Shown here: in pieces, positions 47,246 to 56,872 of the stretch
Layout of the letters: the number at the start of each line of letters is the position of its first letter
Position numbering within the stretch: position 1 is the first letter of the stretch
Source: Parcubacteria group bacterium
GTDB lineage: Bacteria > Patescibacteriota > Minisyncoccia > Phycocordibacterales > UBA2100
NCBI GenBank assembly: GCA_943358385.1
Contig: CALRGX010000005.1
Coordinates: forward strand, 2,886 to 66,885
DNA: 64,000 nt
Direction of reading: 5' to 3'
Made by a program: the position numbers and the translations under genes
Notes under the pieces: generated by a model
What the model was told of the DNA's origin: nothing
The model's input: only the letters and a program-made list of their open reading frames with translations
Database searches by the model: none

Positions 47246-48922
47246 ATGATTCGTGATGCCCTGCGGATGCTACGCGGCGAAGTGCGTGGGATGCACGCCG
47301 CGGCATATGTGCTCGGGCTTTCTGCGCTCGGTTCAGCGCTCCTTGCACTCGTCCGCGATAGACTTTTCGCGCACACCTTTGGGGCGAGCGAAATGCTGGA
47401 CATCTACTATGCGGCGTTTCGCGTGCCCGACCTGATCTTCGTCTTAATCGCATCACTGTTCTCAGCATATGTGTTGATTCCTGAACTGGCAAAGCGGGTA
47501 GATCGCATTGATGCGCGTCGGTATCTTGATGCAATTTTTATTGGCTATGGGGCGCTGATGCTTGCGGTGAGCGCCATTGCGTTTGTGGCGACACCATACC
47601 TGCTTGAGGCATTGTTCCCCGAACTGTATGCCGGGGCTCATCGTGAAGAGTTTTTATTGTTGGCACGTATGCTTTTGTTACAACCACTCTTTCTGGGCGC
47701 ATCAAACATATTCGCCGCGATTACCCAACATGAAAATCGATATGGGCTGTATGCGATTACGCCGCTTCTGTACAATGCATCAATCATTGTGGGGCTAGTA
47801 CTGCTGTACCCGCAATTTTCACTCCTGGGTATTGGTATCGGTGTGGTTGTGGGCGCGTTTCTTCACCTTGCGGTGCAGGTGCCGGCAGCGTTCCAGTCAG
47901 GCTTCATTAATACAGGCATTCCGCGTGCAGATTTTGCGGTGGTATGGGAAACCATGCGTGTATCACTCCCTCGCACCCTCGCGCTTTCAATGGGGCAGCT
48001 CTTGATTTTTGGACTGCTCGCTTTGGCTGGTATGTTGCGCGAAGGATCCATTGCCATATTTATTTTTGCCCTTAATTTGCAGGCGGTCCCCCTCAGTATT
48101 ATCGGGGCAAGCTACTCCGTAGCGGCATTCCCGACACTCTCGCGCATGTTTGCACAAGGTGATACACCTGCGTTTGTAGAGCAAGTGGTGGGGGCCGCAC
48201 GACACATTATCTTTTGGTCTGCTCCTGCGGTCGCGCTTTTTATTGTGTTGCGAGCACACGTGGTGCGCGTAGTCTTGGGTTCGGGTGCATTTGATTGGAC
48301 CGACACACGATTGACGGCAGCAGCACTCGCGCTCTTGGTGACTGCACTTATACCCCAATCACTCTCGCTCCTTTTGGTGCGCGGTTACTACGCCGCTGGG
48401 CGCTCGTATGTTCCGCTCATTGTCACATTGCTTTCAAGTATCGTGGCTTACATCTTTGCACTGGGTTTCTTGGGAGCGTTTTCATTCGTTGGTGTGGTGC
48501 ATTTCGTGGGCGAGCTGCTACGTGTCTCGGACGTCCCTGGCGTGGAAATGCTCGCACTCCCTGCTGCATACAGTATCGGTATGTGGCTCTCATTCCTGTT
48601 ACTCACTATGCTGTTCGAGCGCCGATTTCAAGGATTTGTGCGTGGTATTTCGCGTACAGTGTGGGAGGCGCTCACGGCTGCTGGATTAGCGGGAGCTGCA
48701 GCTTATACTTTGCTCGCGGTATTGGGGGAAATATCTCCGCTCGACAGTCTCTTTGCCGTCTTGCTACAGGCCTCTGTGGCGGGCGTGGGCGGTATTTTAG
48801 TGGGGATTATGGTGTACGCCTTTGCGGGGAGCCAAGAGCTTCTAGAGACCTACCAAACGATTGCCCGCCGTACCAAGCCAGCGGCACACCCAGGCTCGAG
48901 CGAAGAGCAGCTCACCCAATAG
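47246..48922 (+). CDS. murJ: Lipid II flippase MurJ
   Basis: RDRLFAHTFGA...DIYYAAFRVPDL, AAFPTLS. Confidence 0.9.
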   Translation: MIRDALRMLRGEVRGMHAAAYVLGLSALGSALLALVRDRLFAHTFGASEMLDIYYAAFRVPDLIFVLIASLFSAYVLIPELAKRVDRIDARRYLDAIFIGYGALMLAVSAIAFVATPYLLEALFPELYAGAHREEFLLLARMLLLQPLFLGASNIFAAITQHENRYGLYAITPLLYNASIIVGLVLLYPQFSLLGIGIGVVVGAFLHLAVQVPAAFQSGFINTGIPRADFAVVWETMRVSLPRTLALSMGQLLIFGLLALAGMLREGSIAIFIFALNLQAVPLSIIGASYSVAAFPTLSRMFAQGDTPAFVEQVVGAARHIIFWSAPAVALFIVLRAHVVRVVLGSGAFDWTDTRLTAAALALLVTALIPQSLSLLLVRGYYAAGRSYVPLIVTLLSSIVAYIFALGFLGAFSFVGVVHFVGELLRVSDVPGVEMLALPAAYSIGMWLSFLLLTMLFERRFQGFVRGISRTVWEALTAAGLAGAAAYTLLAVLGEISPLDSLFAVLLQASVAGVGGILVGIMVYAFAGSQELLETYQTIARRTKPAAHPGSSEEQLTQ

Positions 48923-48960
48923 TTGCTCTTATGGCAACTCCTGCGTAGAGTGTCCACACT

Positions 48961-50730
48961 ATGCCCATTCGAAACTTTTCAATTATTGCTCATATCGACC
49001 ACGGCAAGTCCACGCTTGCCGACCGCATGCTCGAAGTAACCAACACGGTGGAGAAGCGTTCTATGCGCGCACAGGTCTTGGATTCAATGGAGCTCGAGCG
49101 AGAGCGTGGGATTACCATCAAAATGCAGCCAGTGAGAATGGAATGGAAAGGGCACACGGTGAACTTGATTGATACTCCCGGACACGTCGACTTTGCATAC
49201 GAAGTATCGCGAGCATTGTCGGCCGTTGAAGGAGTGGTGCTTTTGGTTGATTCTACACAAGGCGTGCAAGCTCAGACACTCTCGGTGCTGAATTCAGCAC
49301 AGGCTCTCGGACTCGTGATCATCCCCGTGCTTTCAAAAATTGATGCGCCGCACGCACGTGTCGAGGACGTTCGTTCAGAAGTGTCGCTCCTTTTGGGTTG
49401 TGAAGAAGAAGACATACTGCTCTGTTCAGGAAAGACTGGTGAGGGTGTGCCGGAACTCCTCGACACTATTATTGATAAGGTCTCACCACCACGCGCCGCT
49501 ACGGATGGTAACCGCGCGCTCATTTTCGATTTTTCGTACTCGGATCACCGTGGCGTGATTATGTATTGCCGCGTCTTTGATGGCGCGTTCAAAAAAGGCG
49601 ATCGCATGCGCTTTGTGGCCGCAGGTGAAGAATTTATCGCCGCAGAAGTGGGGGTTATGAAGCCGGACGAAACTCCTGCGGAAGCACTCGGGCCGGGCGA
49701 CATTGGTTACATCGTGACCGGCATCAAACGGCCAGGTGTGGCATCAGTGGGTGACACCGTAACGCTCGCGAAATTACCGTCGACGTCTCTCGGGGGATAC
49801 CGCACGCCTGCGCCGGTGATTTGGGCGAGTGTGTATCCGGAAGGGCAAGACGATTTTGTGCTCTTGCGCCAAGCACTCGAGCGCCTGCGCCTCACGGATT
49901 CATCTCTTTCATACGAAGAAGAACAATCGGGCATTATGGGGCGAGGATTTCGTTGCGGTTTTTTGGGAATGCTTCACTTGGAAATTATTACAGAGCGTTT
50001 GCGTCGTGAATTCTCGCTGGAATTGGTAGTTACTCTCCCGACAACGGTCTATGAGGTCACTACAGCGAGTGAAATGCTCACCATCTATTCGCCAGCACGT
50101 TTTCCTGATGACGGCTCTATCAAAGGGGTGCGCGAGCAGTGGGCGCGCATGCACGTATACACTCCATCGAATTCTCTTGGGCCGATTGTGCAGCTTCTGC
50201 ACGAGCACGAAGCAAACACCGAAAGTACGGAAACACTTCCTGATGGCCGTATTCAGATTGTCGCCACCATGCCATTGCGTGAAATGATGCGCGGTTTTTT
50301 CGATCAGCTCAAAAACGCATCATCAGGTTTTGCGTCGCTCTCGTATGAATTGATGGGTATGCACGATGCTGAGGTGGCACGTTTGGATATTTTGGTGAAC
50401 GAAGAGGTGATGCCGGCATTTTCGCGCATCGTATCAAAGCGCCGTGTGCAAGAAGAGGGCGAGGCGATGGTTGAGCGTCTTGAAAAGCTCCTCCCGCAAC
50501 AATTGTTCGTACTGAAAATCCAGGCGAAAGCAGCGGGGCGTATTATTGCTTCTCGTCGCAAGTCGGCACGCCGAAAAGACGTAACCGGCTACCTGTATGG
50601 GGGCGACATTACCCGCAAAATGAAGCTTCTGGAGAAGCAGAAGAAAGGAAAGAAGCGTCGCGCCGAGCTCGGTGGTACGAAGGTAAACATTCCGCACGAT
50701 GTGTTTTTGAAAGTGATGAGGGAAGAATAG
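48961..50730 (+). CDS. lepA: Elongation factor 4
   Basis: IAHIDHGKSTLADR, GFRCGFLGMLH, YGGDITRKMKLLEKQKKGK. Confidence 0.98.
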   Translation: MPIRNFSIIAHIDHGKSTLADRMLEVTNTVEKRSMRAQVLDSMELERERGITIKMQPVRMEWKGHTVNLIDTPGHVDFAYEVSRALSAVEGVVLLVDSTQGVQAQTLSVLNSAQALGLVIIPVLSKIDAPHARVEDVRSEVSLLLGCEEEDILLCSGKTGEGVPELLDTIIDKVSPPRAATDGNRALIFDFSYSDHRGVIMYCRVFDGAFKKGDRMRFVAAGEEFIAAEVGVMKPDETPAEALGPGDIGYIVTGIKRPGVASVGDTVTLAKLPSTSLGGYRTPAPVIWASVYPEGQDDFVLLRQALERLRLTDSSLSYEEEQSGIMGRGFRCGFLGMLHLEIITERLRREFSLELVVTLPTTVYEVTTASEMLTIYSPARFPDDGSIKGVREQWARMHVYTPSNSLGPIVQLLHEHEANTESTETLPDGRIQIVATMPLREMMRGFFDQLKNASSGFASLSYELMGMHDAEVARLDILVNEEVMPAFSRIVSKRRVQEEGEAMVERLEKLLPQQLFVLKIQAKAAGRIIASRRKSARRKDVTGYLYGGDITRKMKLLEKQKKGKKRRAELGGTKVNIPHDVFLKVMREE

Positions 50731-50812
50731 GGAGAAGCGTATAGGGAAAAGTGTGAAAAAGGGGGGGGTGTAGGAAGAGGCCGCTGCAGATTGCAGCGGC
50801 CTCTGTAGGCGA

Positions 50813-51079
50813 TTAGGACGTGGGGCCGGGACCGTAGGAGTCGAAGTCCTTGACGGGCGCCTCGAGCGCTTTGAGCATGCGCACGAGGCTCTCGCGGAGC
50901 TCCTCAATGGTGTCGCCTTGGGCGGCGACAGCTTCCTCCGTAATGCTCACCGAGCCGTCGGAGCCGGTGTGCTCCTCGTGGATGGCCAGGAAATGGCCAT
51001 CCAAGCCGCCTCCATAAGGACGCCGAATTACGACGTGGCGCCATTTCGCAGGGGTCGTGGCGGTATCAGTGTCAGTCAT
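50813..51079 (-). CDS. Small phage-like hypothetical protein (orphan cassette)
   Basis: AGGAGG SD; WRHVVIRR...AIHE...GDTIEELR...ALEAPV; hairpin at about 50777-50805. Confidence 0.7.
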   Translation of the reverse strand: MTDTDTATTPAKWRHVVIRRPYGGGLDGHFLAIHEEHTGSDGSVSITEEAVAAQGDTIEELRESLVRMLKALEAPVKDFDSYGPGPTS

Positions 51080-51221
51080 GCAAACCTCCTTGATAACCGA
51101 ATATATAATAACACAAAAACAGGTAAACACAAGTTTTAGTCTTTCAACAACAGAAGAGCGGCAGTGACATTTGTTCTGCCTCTGAATATCCGATACGATT
51201 CAAGTAGAAAGGAGATGCTCA

Positions 51222-51545
51222 ATGCGCATACTGGTGCACGCTGATCCACAACCTCACGTGAAAGAGCCGATGTTTGTAAAAGAGGCCTACATCGGGCTCA
51301 TTCTCGATGTAGAACGTGCGTTTCTTGGGCACCGAGCTCCCGACAAATGGCCAAACGGTTTGTACATGGTGTGTCTCGCAGACGTGCTAGAAGCGATGCG
51401 GGAGGTAAGTCCTCTGGCATATGAATGGCTCCGCAACGAAGAACAGAGCGCAGACACTTACATGCGTGAACACGGTGATCCAACAGGAGTGCAGCTGCCA
51501 TTTCCAGCGGAGTGCTGCACGGAGGTACCAGAACGGTTTCATTGA
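51222..51545 (+). CDS. Hypothetical protein (orphan cassette)
   Basis: AAGGAG SD; hairpin at about 51551-51579. Confidence 0.65.
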   Translation: MRILVHADPQPHVKEPMFVKEAYIGLILDVERAFLGHRAPDKWPNGLYMVCLADVLEAMREVSPLAYEWLRNEEQSADTYMREHGDPTGVQLPFPAECCTEVPERFH

Positions 51546-51590
51546 TGTGAAAGTCAGCCCACCGATGTGGGCTGACTTCTTGACTGCCTG

Positions 51591-51707
51591 CTAGAAGAAA
51601 ATTCCTGGAGCAAACAACGCAACCATCGAGAGAATGATCAAGACGGCGATAATCTTCCAAATCCAGGTGAGGACCTTGGTTGTTTTTTTATGAAATAGAA
51701 AACTCAT
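51591..51707 (-). CDS. Small single-TM peptide
   Basis: MSFLFHKKTTKVLTWIWKIIAVLIILSMVALFAPGIFF. Confidence 0.55.
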   Translation of the reverse strand: MSFLFHKKTTKVLTWIWKIIAVLIILSMVALFAPGIFF

Positions 51708-51725
51708 ACGTGGTAGAATATCAGA

Positions 51726-52094
51726 ATGAGAGAGTTCGAGCAACGCAGGCACCCCGCACGGCTTCTGGGGAAAAGGCTCATTACGGTGGTGCTTTTTATA
51801 GCGCTTTTGCTGGCAGTAAAAGGGGCGTGGGGGGTGTACGATAAAAAGCAAGAAACTGACCGATTGCGCACGGAAGCTGAAGCAAAGATGAGCGAGCTTT
51901 CGGAGCGGTCAGAAGCGCTCTCGGAGACGGTGGCCAAACTTAAGACCGAAGAGGGTATAGAAGCAGAATTGAGGCGGCAATTCGAAGTGGGGAAAGAAGG
52001 GGAGGGAGTGATTATTGTGATGGACGGAGAGCCAATAGTTGCCGAGACTCCCACGAGTACTGTATGGTGGAAGAAATTGAAAAGTTCTGAATAG
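51726..52094 (+). CDS. Septum formation initiator (FtsB/DivIC family)
   Basis: TM plus coiled coil plus GIEAELRRQFEVGKEGEGVI. Confidence 0.8.
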   Translation: MREFEQRRHPARLLGKRLITVVLFIALLLAVKGAWGVYDKKQETDRLRTEAEAKMSELSERSEALSETVAKLKTEEGIEAELRRQFEVGKEGEGVIIVMDGEPIVAETPTSTVWWKKLKSSE

Positions 52095-52162
52095 CGACAC
52101 TACTACGTAAGGGCGCGCTAGATTCATAGAATCTAGCGCGCGATGGATTGAGGATGCTGACG

Positions 52163-52603
52163 CTATACGCCACGCACGCGCGACCCGCTATCGATCGCGA
52201 CCATGCGATGATGGAGCGAAACGACGTTGTCGTAAAATGCTTGGAACGTTTCGGGAAGTGCACGCAGCTGTGGATGCTCAGTACTCCACTGGTCGCTGTA
52301 CAGATCCGCGATGGCGCGCTTTGCCCTTGCCGTGCCCCATCCGTCCACCTCCTCTCCTTCGAGCTGACTTCGCTGAACGAGCGCCCAGCTCGCCAGCATG
52401 AGCATTCTGCTGGTCATCTGCATAGATGCACCAACATACGCGCCCTGAAGTGCTCGAGAGAGCTTCTTGCACTCTCGTCGTCCTTGGCCGTCAAGATACG
52501 TGGCCATTGATTCGGTAAGACTCATTGCCTCGGTGAAAAGTCCATCGAACTTGCGTTTTTTGTACTCTGCACCAAAAGAAACAACGGTGACAGGTGATGT
52601 CAT
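52163..52603 (-). CDS. RcdA/DUF1465-family protein (regulator of CtrA degradation homolog)
   Basis: FDGLFTEAMSLTESMATYLDGQGR...LSR...AY...SMQMTSRMLMLASWALVQR...EGE follows the RcdA consensus; GAGG SD; hairpin at about 52113-52141. Confidence 0.8.
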   Translation of the reverse strand: MTSPVTVVSFGAEYKKRKFDGLFTEAMSLTESMATYLDGQGRRECKKLSRALQGAYVGASMQMTSRMLMLASWALVQRSQLEGEEVDGWGTARAKRAIADLYSDQWSTEHPQLRALPETFQAFYDNVVSLHHRMVAIDSGSRVRGV

Positions 52604-52707
52604 GTGGTCCTCGCTTTCTCTGTGCGCATAGTGCAACGCGTACATGCGCGAGTCAATGCACACAGCGCGAGCACAGGAGTCCGAGTCTTGGTATAATCGG
52701 CGCGTAC

Positions 52708-52778
52708 GCGGAATTAGTTCAGTGGTAGAACGAATGCTTCCCAAGCATTAGACGCGGGTTCGATTCCCGCATTCCGCA
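52708..52778 (+). tRNA. tRNA-Gly(CCC)
   Basis: Cloverleaf; anticodon loop TTCCCAA. Confidence 0.95.
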
Positions 52779-53204
52779 CAAAAAAGATGAGCTGGAAGCG
52801 TGAGCTTCCGGCGATTACTTTTTGTAGCGAAATGCGGGAATCGAAAGGCGGAGCCTGAATGAATGCCGAACTGAGTGAGGCAGAGAACAGGCGAGCCCGG
52901 GGAGGAAGCACTTAGATTTTTCTGCGTGAGCTAGAAAAAACTTAGTGACTTGACCCCGATTCCCGCATTCCGCACAAAACTCGCTGAGCGAGTGTGTGTG
53001 GAATGAGAAACATGCCTGCGCATGTTTCGTCGGGAATCGAAGCCCGGAGCGTTGTGTTTGTTTGTGTAGCAAGGCAAACACCCTGCCCGACCGGCAGGCG
53101 GGCGCGAGGGCCGGCTCGAAGAAAATTGCGTCAGCAATTTTACTGAGAGGATCCCGCATTCCGCGTTATCGTAAATATCCCTGATTGATTCCCGCATTCC
53201 GCAC
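52779..53204 (+). repeat. tRNA-anchored palindromic elements (tRNA-Gly version)
   Basis: Sense copies of the tRNA 3' end at 52957-52979, 53152-53164 and 53187-53204; antisense copies at 52831-52845 and 53031-53041. Confidence 0.85.
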
Positions 53205-53277
53205 TCCACTATCCACTTGCGTCCCTGTGGAGTGCCAATGCTATACTGACCCTCTAAAAGCTAGCGTGCACATGCGT

Positions 53278-53511
53278 ATGCAATCAGTAACCATTTACAG
53301 CACTCCTACCTGCCACTTCTGTCACATGGCAAAGGAGTTTTTTACAGAGAATAAAGTTGAGTATACCGAGCATGACGTTGCGGCAGATATGGAAAAGCGC
53401 AATGAAATGATTGAGAAAAGTGGCCAGATGGGAGTACCGGTCATTATGATTGGCAGTGAATTGATCGTAGGATTTGACGAGGATACCTTGCGCGAAAAAC
53501 TGGGCTTGTAA
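53278..53511 (+). CDS. Glutaredoxin-like protein (NrdH/YruB type)
   Basis: YSTPTCHFC, GQMGVPVI, GFD. Confidence 0.9.
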   Translation: MQSVTIYSTPTCHFCHMAKEFFTENKVEYTEHDVAADMEKRNEMIEKSGQMGVPVIMIGSELIVGFDEDTLREKLGL

Positions 53512-53571
53512 AAGTTTCTTCCCGTAAAGCCTGCCTCCAACGAGGTGGGCTTTGTGCTACAGTTGCTGCGA

Positions 53572-53643
53572 GCCTCCATAGTTCAATGGATAGAACAGAC
53601 CCGTCCTAAGGGTTAGATCCTGGTTCGATTCCGGGTGGGGGCA
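53572..53643 (+). tRNA. tRNA-Arg(CCT)
   Basis: Cloverleaf; anticodon loop GTCCTAA. Confidence 0.9.
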
Positions 53644-53665
53644 CTGAAATGGTATAATCTTTGCC

Positions 53666-53995
53666 ATGCCCCCCAACACTGAAGATCTTCTTAAGAAAAT
53701 ATACGAGCTCGAGCGTGACAATAACCGCATGCTTCACGCCATGCGTCGCAGCTCCTTCATCTCGGGGACGCTCAAGGTGATTATGTGGATTGTGGCGCTG
53801 ATCATTCCTCTGTATATCTACATTAATTACCTTGGTCCGGCCTTGAATCAAGCCATGGGGGCCTTGAATCAAGTACAGGGGCAGATGCAGCAGGTACAGG
53901 AAGCGGGAGCCAAAATATCCGTGCCTTTTTCTGAATTTTCTGGTATCTTGGAAGGGCTCAAGAAGTACGCTCCAAAGGGGAGTACCGAGCAATAA
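53666..53995 (+). CDS. Single-TM hypothetical protein
   Basis: ELERDNNRMLHAMRR followed by a TM; TATAAT-N7-ATG. Confidence 0.7.
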   Translation: MPPNTEDLLKKIYELERDNNRMLHAMRRSSFISGTLKVIMWIVALIIPLYIYINYLGPALNQAMGALNQVQGQMQQVQEAGAKISVPFSEFSGILEGLKKYAPKGSTEQ

Positions 53996-53996
53996 T

Positions 53997-54070
53997 GCCC
54001 AGGTAGCTCAGTTGGTTAGAGCATTCGCCTGAAGAGCGAAGGGTCGCCGGTTCGAATCTGGCCCTGGGCA
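53997..54070 (+). tRNA. tRNA-Phe(GAA)
   Basis: Cloverleaf; anticodon loop CTGAAGA. Confidence 0.95.
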
Positions 54071-54072
54071 CA

Positions 54073-55338
54073 ATGTGGGATCCATTTGCGTCTTTTTCCA
54101 AACAGACCCTAGACAATGGTCTGGCCGTTTACACATCGGAGTGGAAAGATCGTCCGTTGCAGGTGTTTCATTTTGTGGTGAACACAGGAGGCTTTCATGA
54201 TGCAGAGAATCACCACGGCACGGCGCACTTCATTGAGCACATGGTCTCCAAAAATGCGTCGTTGCCCTACCAGGAGCTACGAGATTTTTTTGAAAATATA
54301 GGCGGCTTTGTGAGGCTAGGCTCTACCAGTATGCTCTCTACGCGCTATTCGTGTGGCCTACCTCTCGATGAAAAGCATATTGCACGCGGGCTCGAAATTT
54401 TTGGGCATATGTTGCTAGGGGCGTCTCTCACACAAAATTTTGAGCGAGAAGGTACCGTCATACAGAGTGAATTCGAGCGTGAATTCCCTTTAAAGATTTC
54501 ACAAACCATGCAAGTGGATCGCTACAAGGCGCTTTTAGAGGGGCTCCCTGGAACGCATCCGTATTGGGTCATTGGAGACCCTGAAACGCGCCGCACTATG
54601 ACCACCGCCTATCTGCAGGAGGAGTATGACCGACGCTACGTGCCTGCATCGATGAAGGTCATTACAGCCGGCGGTCTGTCGCCTGAGAAGGTTGCATCCG
54701 CAATCGCCGCGAGCCCATTCGGTAACATAAAACAAGGTGCTGCTTCAGCAGCAATAGTACCTTTGCAGTCATTTAGGAATCCGCGTGAAGCGTCGAATAC
54801 CGTGCATCTTGCCGACCATATCAAAGACGTACAAAACGCTTCAAATTCATATGAAACCGCGTGTGTAGTGCCGAAAGCGCTTTTTACAGACATCGTACTT
54901 GCGCTATACCTCGACATACTCGACGAGCATACATTCAGAGTTTTCAGAGAAGAGAAAGGGTGGGCATACCACGTGGGGTCCGGATACCAAGATTTGGGTG
55001 TTGCGCACGATCTGAAAATCACGATGGACGGAATTCCTAAAGACGCGATAGCACAAGTAGAAGACCTCATGACTCAATGTATCGAAAAGTCTGCCGTTGA
55101 TGCGGTTGCCTTTGAGAAATTTAAAAAACAGCGACTGAATAGCCTAGGGCGGCACGACTTGTCAGTTCGTGCGGTCACGGATCAGGCGGCAAGCGACGTT
55201 GCTTCGTATGACCGTATCATTCCCATGCAAGAGGAAGACGAGCGCATTCTGCAAGTGACACTAGCCGATATGGCGTTGGTGGGACATGCGTTAAGCCGCA
55301 CCAAAAGGTGGAGCCGACGTGTACTCGCTTCTTCGTAA
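54073..55338 (+). CDS. M16 family zinc peptidase
   Basis: HGTAHFIEHM (HxxEH); FREEKGWAY. Confidence 0.88.
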   Translation: MWDPFASFSKQTLDNGLAVYTSEWKDRPLQVFHFVVNTGGFHDAENHHGTAHFIEHMVSKNASLPYQELRDFFENIGGFVRLGSTSMLSTRYSCGLPLDEKHIARGLEIFGHMLLGASLTQNFEREGTVIQSEFEREFPLKISQTMQVDRYKALLEGLPGTHPYWVIGDPETRRTMTTAYLQEEYDRRYVPASMKVITAGGLSPEKVASAIAASPFGNIKQGAASAAIVPLQSFRNPREASNTVHLADHIKDVQNASNSYETACVVPKALFTDIVLALYLDILDEHTFRVFREEKGWAYHVGSGYQDLGVAHDLKITMDGIPKDAIAQVEDLMTQCIEKSAVDAVAFEKFKKQRLNSLGRHDLSVRAVTDQAASDVASYDRIIPMQEEDERILQVTLADMALVGHALSRTKRWSRRVLASS

Positions 55339-55341
55339 GAT

Positions 55342-56166
55342 ATGTCATCAGGTGCACACCTCATACGGGTCGACTACCATTTCCATCCCAATCTGCCAAC
55401 CAGTAATGCGCGCGCAGCGCGCAAGGTGGCACGCCTGTACAAGCGTTTTGCACAACGTGGCATTTCGGCGGTTTTGATTACCGAGCATGTATACAAAGAT
55501 CCTGTGCGTGCTTGGCGCATGATGCAAGAACAGAAACCGGCAGACATCACCATTTTTCCTGGGCTTGAGTATCTGACGAGAGAGGGTATAGACATCTGTC
55601 TTTTTGCTGAAACCGACGCTATCTATTCGTATTCATGGATTCCTTATGCGCTCAGCTATGAGGAAGTTATCGACTTTCTCCAAACGCATCCCGACGTGCG
55701 TGGTTTTGTGACACATCCATACACGCTCGGCACCACCAGTATCATTACCAAAAAAGGCGATTCTTTCACCAGGGAGGCTATAGAGGCACTTGGCTCGGTG
55801 GAGTGCGTATACTCCGTCTTCAAGGACTTGAAGAAGCTGCTCAGTCTTCCAATTCTGCGACTCTGCACCGCTTCACTGCGCGCGCGTATAGATAAAAATG
55901 AATCCTTGCCACTCGATTTCCATCCACGAACCTTGCGCTTTTTTGCAATCGGCTCTGACGCACACCACGTGTGGGAAATCGGCCCTTGTGCAGAGGTCGC
56001 CATCAAAGAATCCGTTTTTGCATCAATAGTGGGCAACACTGCCATACAGCCGTATGGTATCGACCAGGGGAAGCTCTGGCGCTTGATACCGGCTGCTTTC
56101 ACCACCGCGCACGAATGGTTGCTTAAGCGAGTGACTGCAGCGCCTTCAAGCAACGCTACCGCGTAA
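55342..56166 (+). CDS. PHP-domain phosphoesterase
   Basis: DYHFH, ITEH, PGLE, THPY, GSDAH. Confidence 0.8.
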   Translation: MSSGAHLIRVDYHFHPNLPTSNARAARKVARLYKRFAQRGISAVLITEHVYKDPVRAWRMMQEQKPADITIFPGLEYLTREGIDICLFAETDAIYSYSWIPYALSYEEVIDFLQTHPDVRGFVTHPYTLGTTSIITKKGDSFTREAIEALGSVECVYSVFKDLKKLLSLPILRLCTASLRARIDKNESLPLDFHPRTLRFFAIGSDAHHVWEIGPCAEVAIKESVFASIVGNTAIQPYGIDQGKLWRLIPAAFTTAHEWLLKRVTAAPSSNATA

Positions 56167-56791
56167 AAACTGTTTTCTTAATCGTTCGAAAATCAACCAG
56201 TGCCTTTATGCTTAGGGCAGTTGCACTTATTGCCGCTATCAGTGGAACGATGTTGCCGTACCCCAGTGCGAGTAAGAAAAAACCGGCATATAAAACATAC
56301 ACGAAGAAGTTGGGAAAAAATCCTGCGTACGCCTTGATGAGCCAGTCACTTTCTTTGGTCACGTTTTTCTTTATCACCATGAACGTTCGGCACAGAAGCA
56401 TTGCATACACCACTATGCCGGCCAAGAAACCCGAGACAAATCCAGCGTATGCCATACCAAGCATGAACACGGTGAACGTCACGTTATCAACCACCACGTC
56501 AGTAAATTTTCCCTTGTCAGATGCAGTGCCGCGGTAGCGAGCAATCTCACCGTCTAAATTGTCGGCAAAAAGTGCAATGAGGAGTATCACCAGAGCGGTC
56601 GTTATCTGGGTACTCATAAAGCTCACACTTAGGAAAACGAGCCCCAGCCCGATGTAGCTCATCAGGTCTGCGGAAATACCTATCGCCGAAAAAAACAGCA
56701 CCGCAGGACGCACTATTATGCCTCGCCAGGCCCGTGCCCGCACATAGAGACTCTCTTCAAAGGTGCGGACACGTGTTTCTTCAAAGGCCAT
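56156..56791 (-). CDS. CDP-alcohol phosphatidyltransferase (second copy)
   Basis: DNLDGEIARYRG...GKFTDVVVD. Confidence 0.85.
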   Translation of the reverse strand: MAFEETRVRTFEESLYVRARAWRGIIVRPAVLFFSAIGISADLMSYIGLGLVFLSVSFMSTQITTALVILLIALFADNLDGEIARYRGTASDKGKFTDVVVDNVTFTVFMLGMAYAGFVSGFLAGIVVYAMLLCRTFMVIKKNVTKESDWLIKAYAGFFPNFFVYVLYAGFFLLALGYGNIVPLIAAISATALSIKALVDFRTIKKTVFTR

Positions 56792-56872
56792 ACCTAAAGC
56801 GTATCACAGAGGCCGCAGCGTTCCTGGTTGCGAGCGCATGCGCACGAGGTCTTTCTGACCTATACTCTCTGC

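Noticed and set aside
50813-52603. Prophage
   Set aside because: A few phage-like orphans are interleaved with core genes, and there is no integrase, terminase or structural module.
52714-53209. Several short ORFs over tRNA-Gly and the downstream elements
   Set aside because: They are by-products of the tRNA and palindromic repeats.
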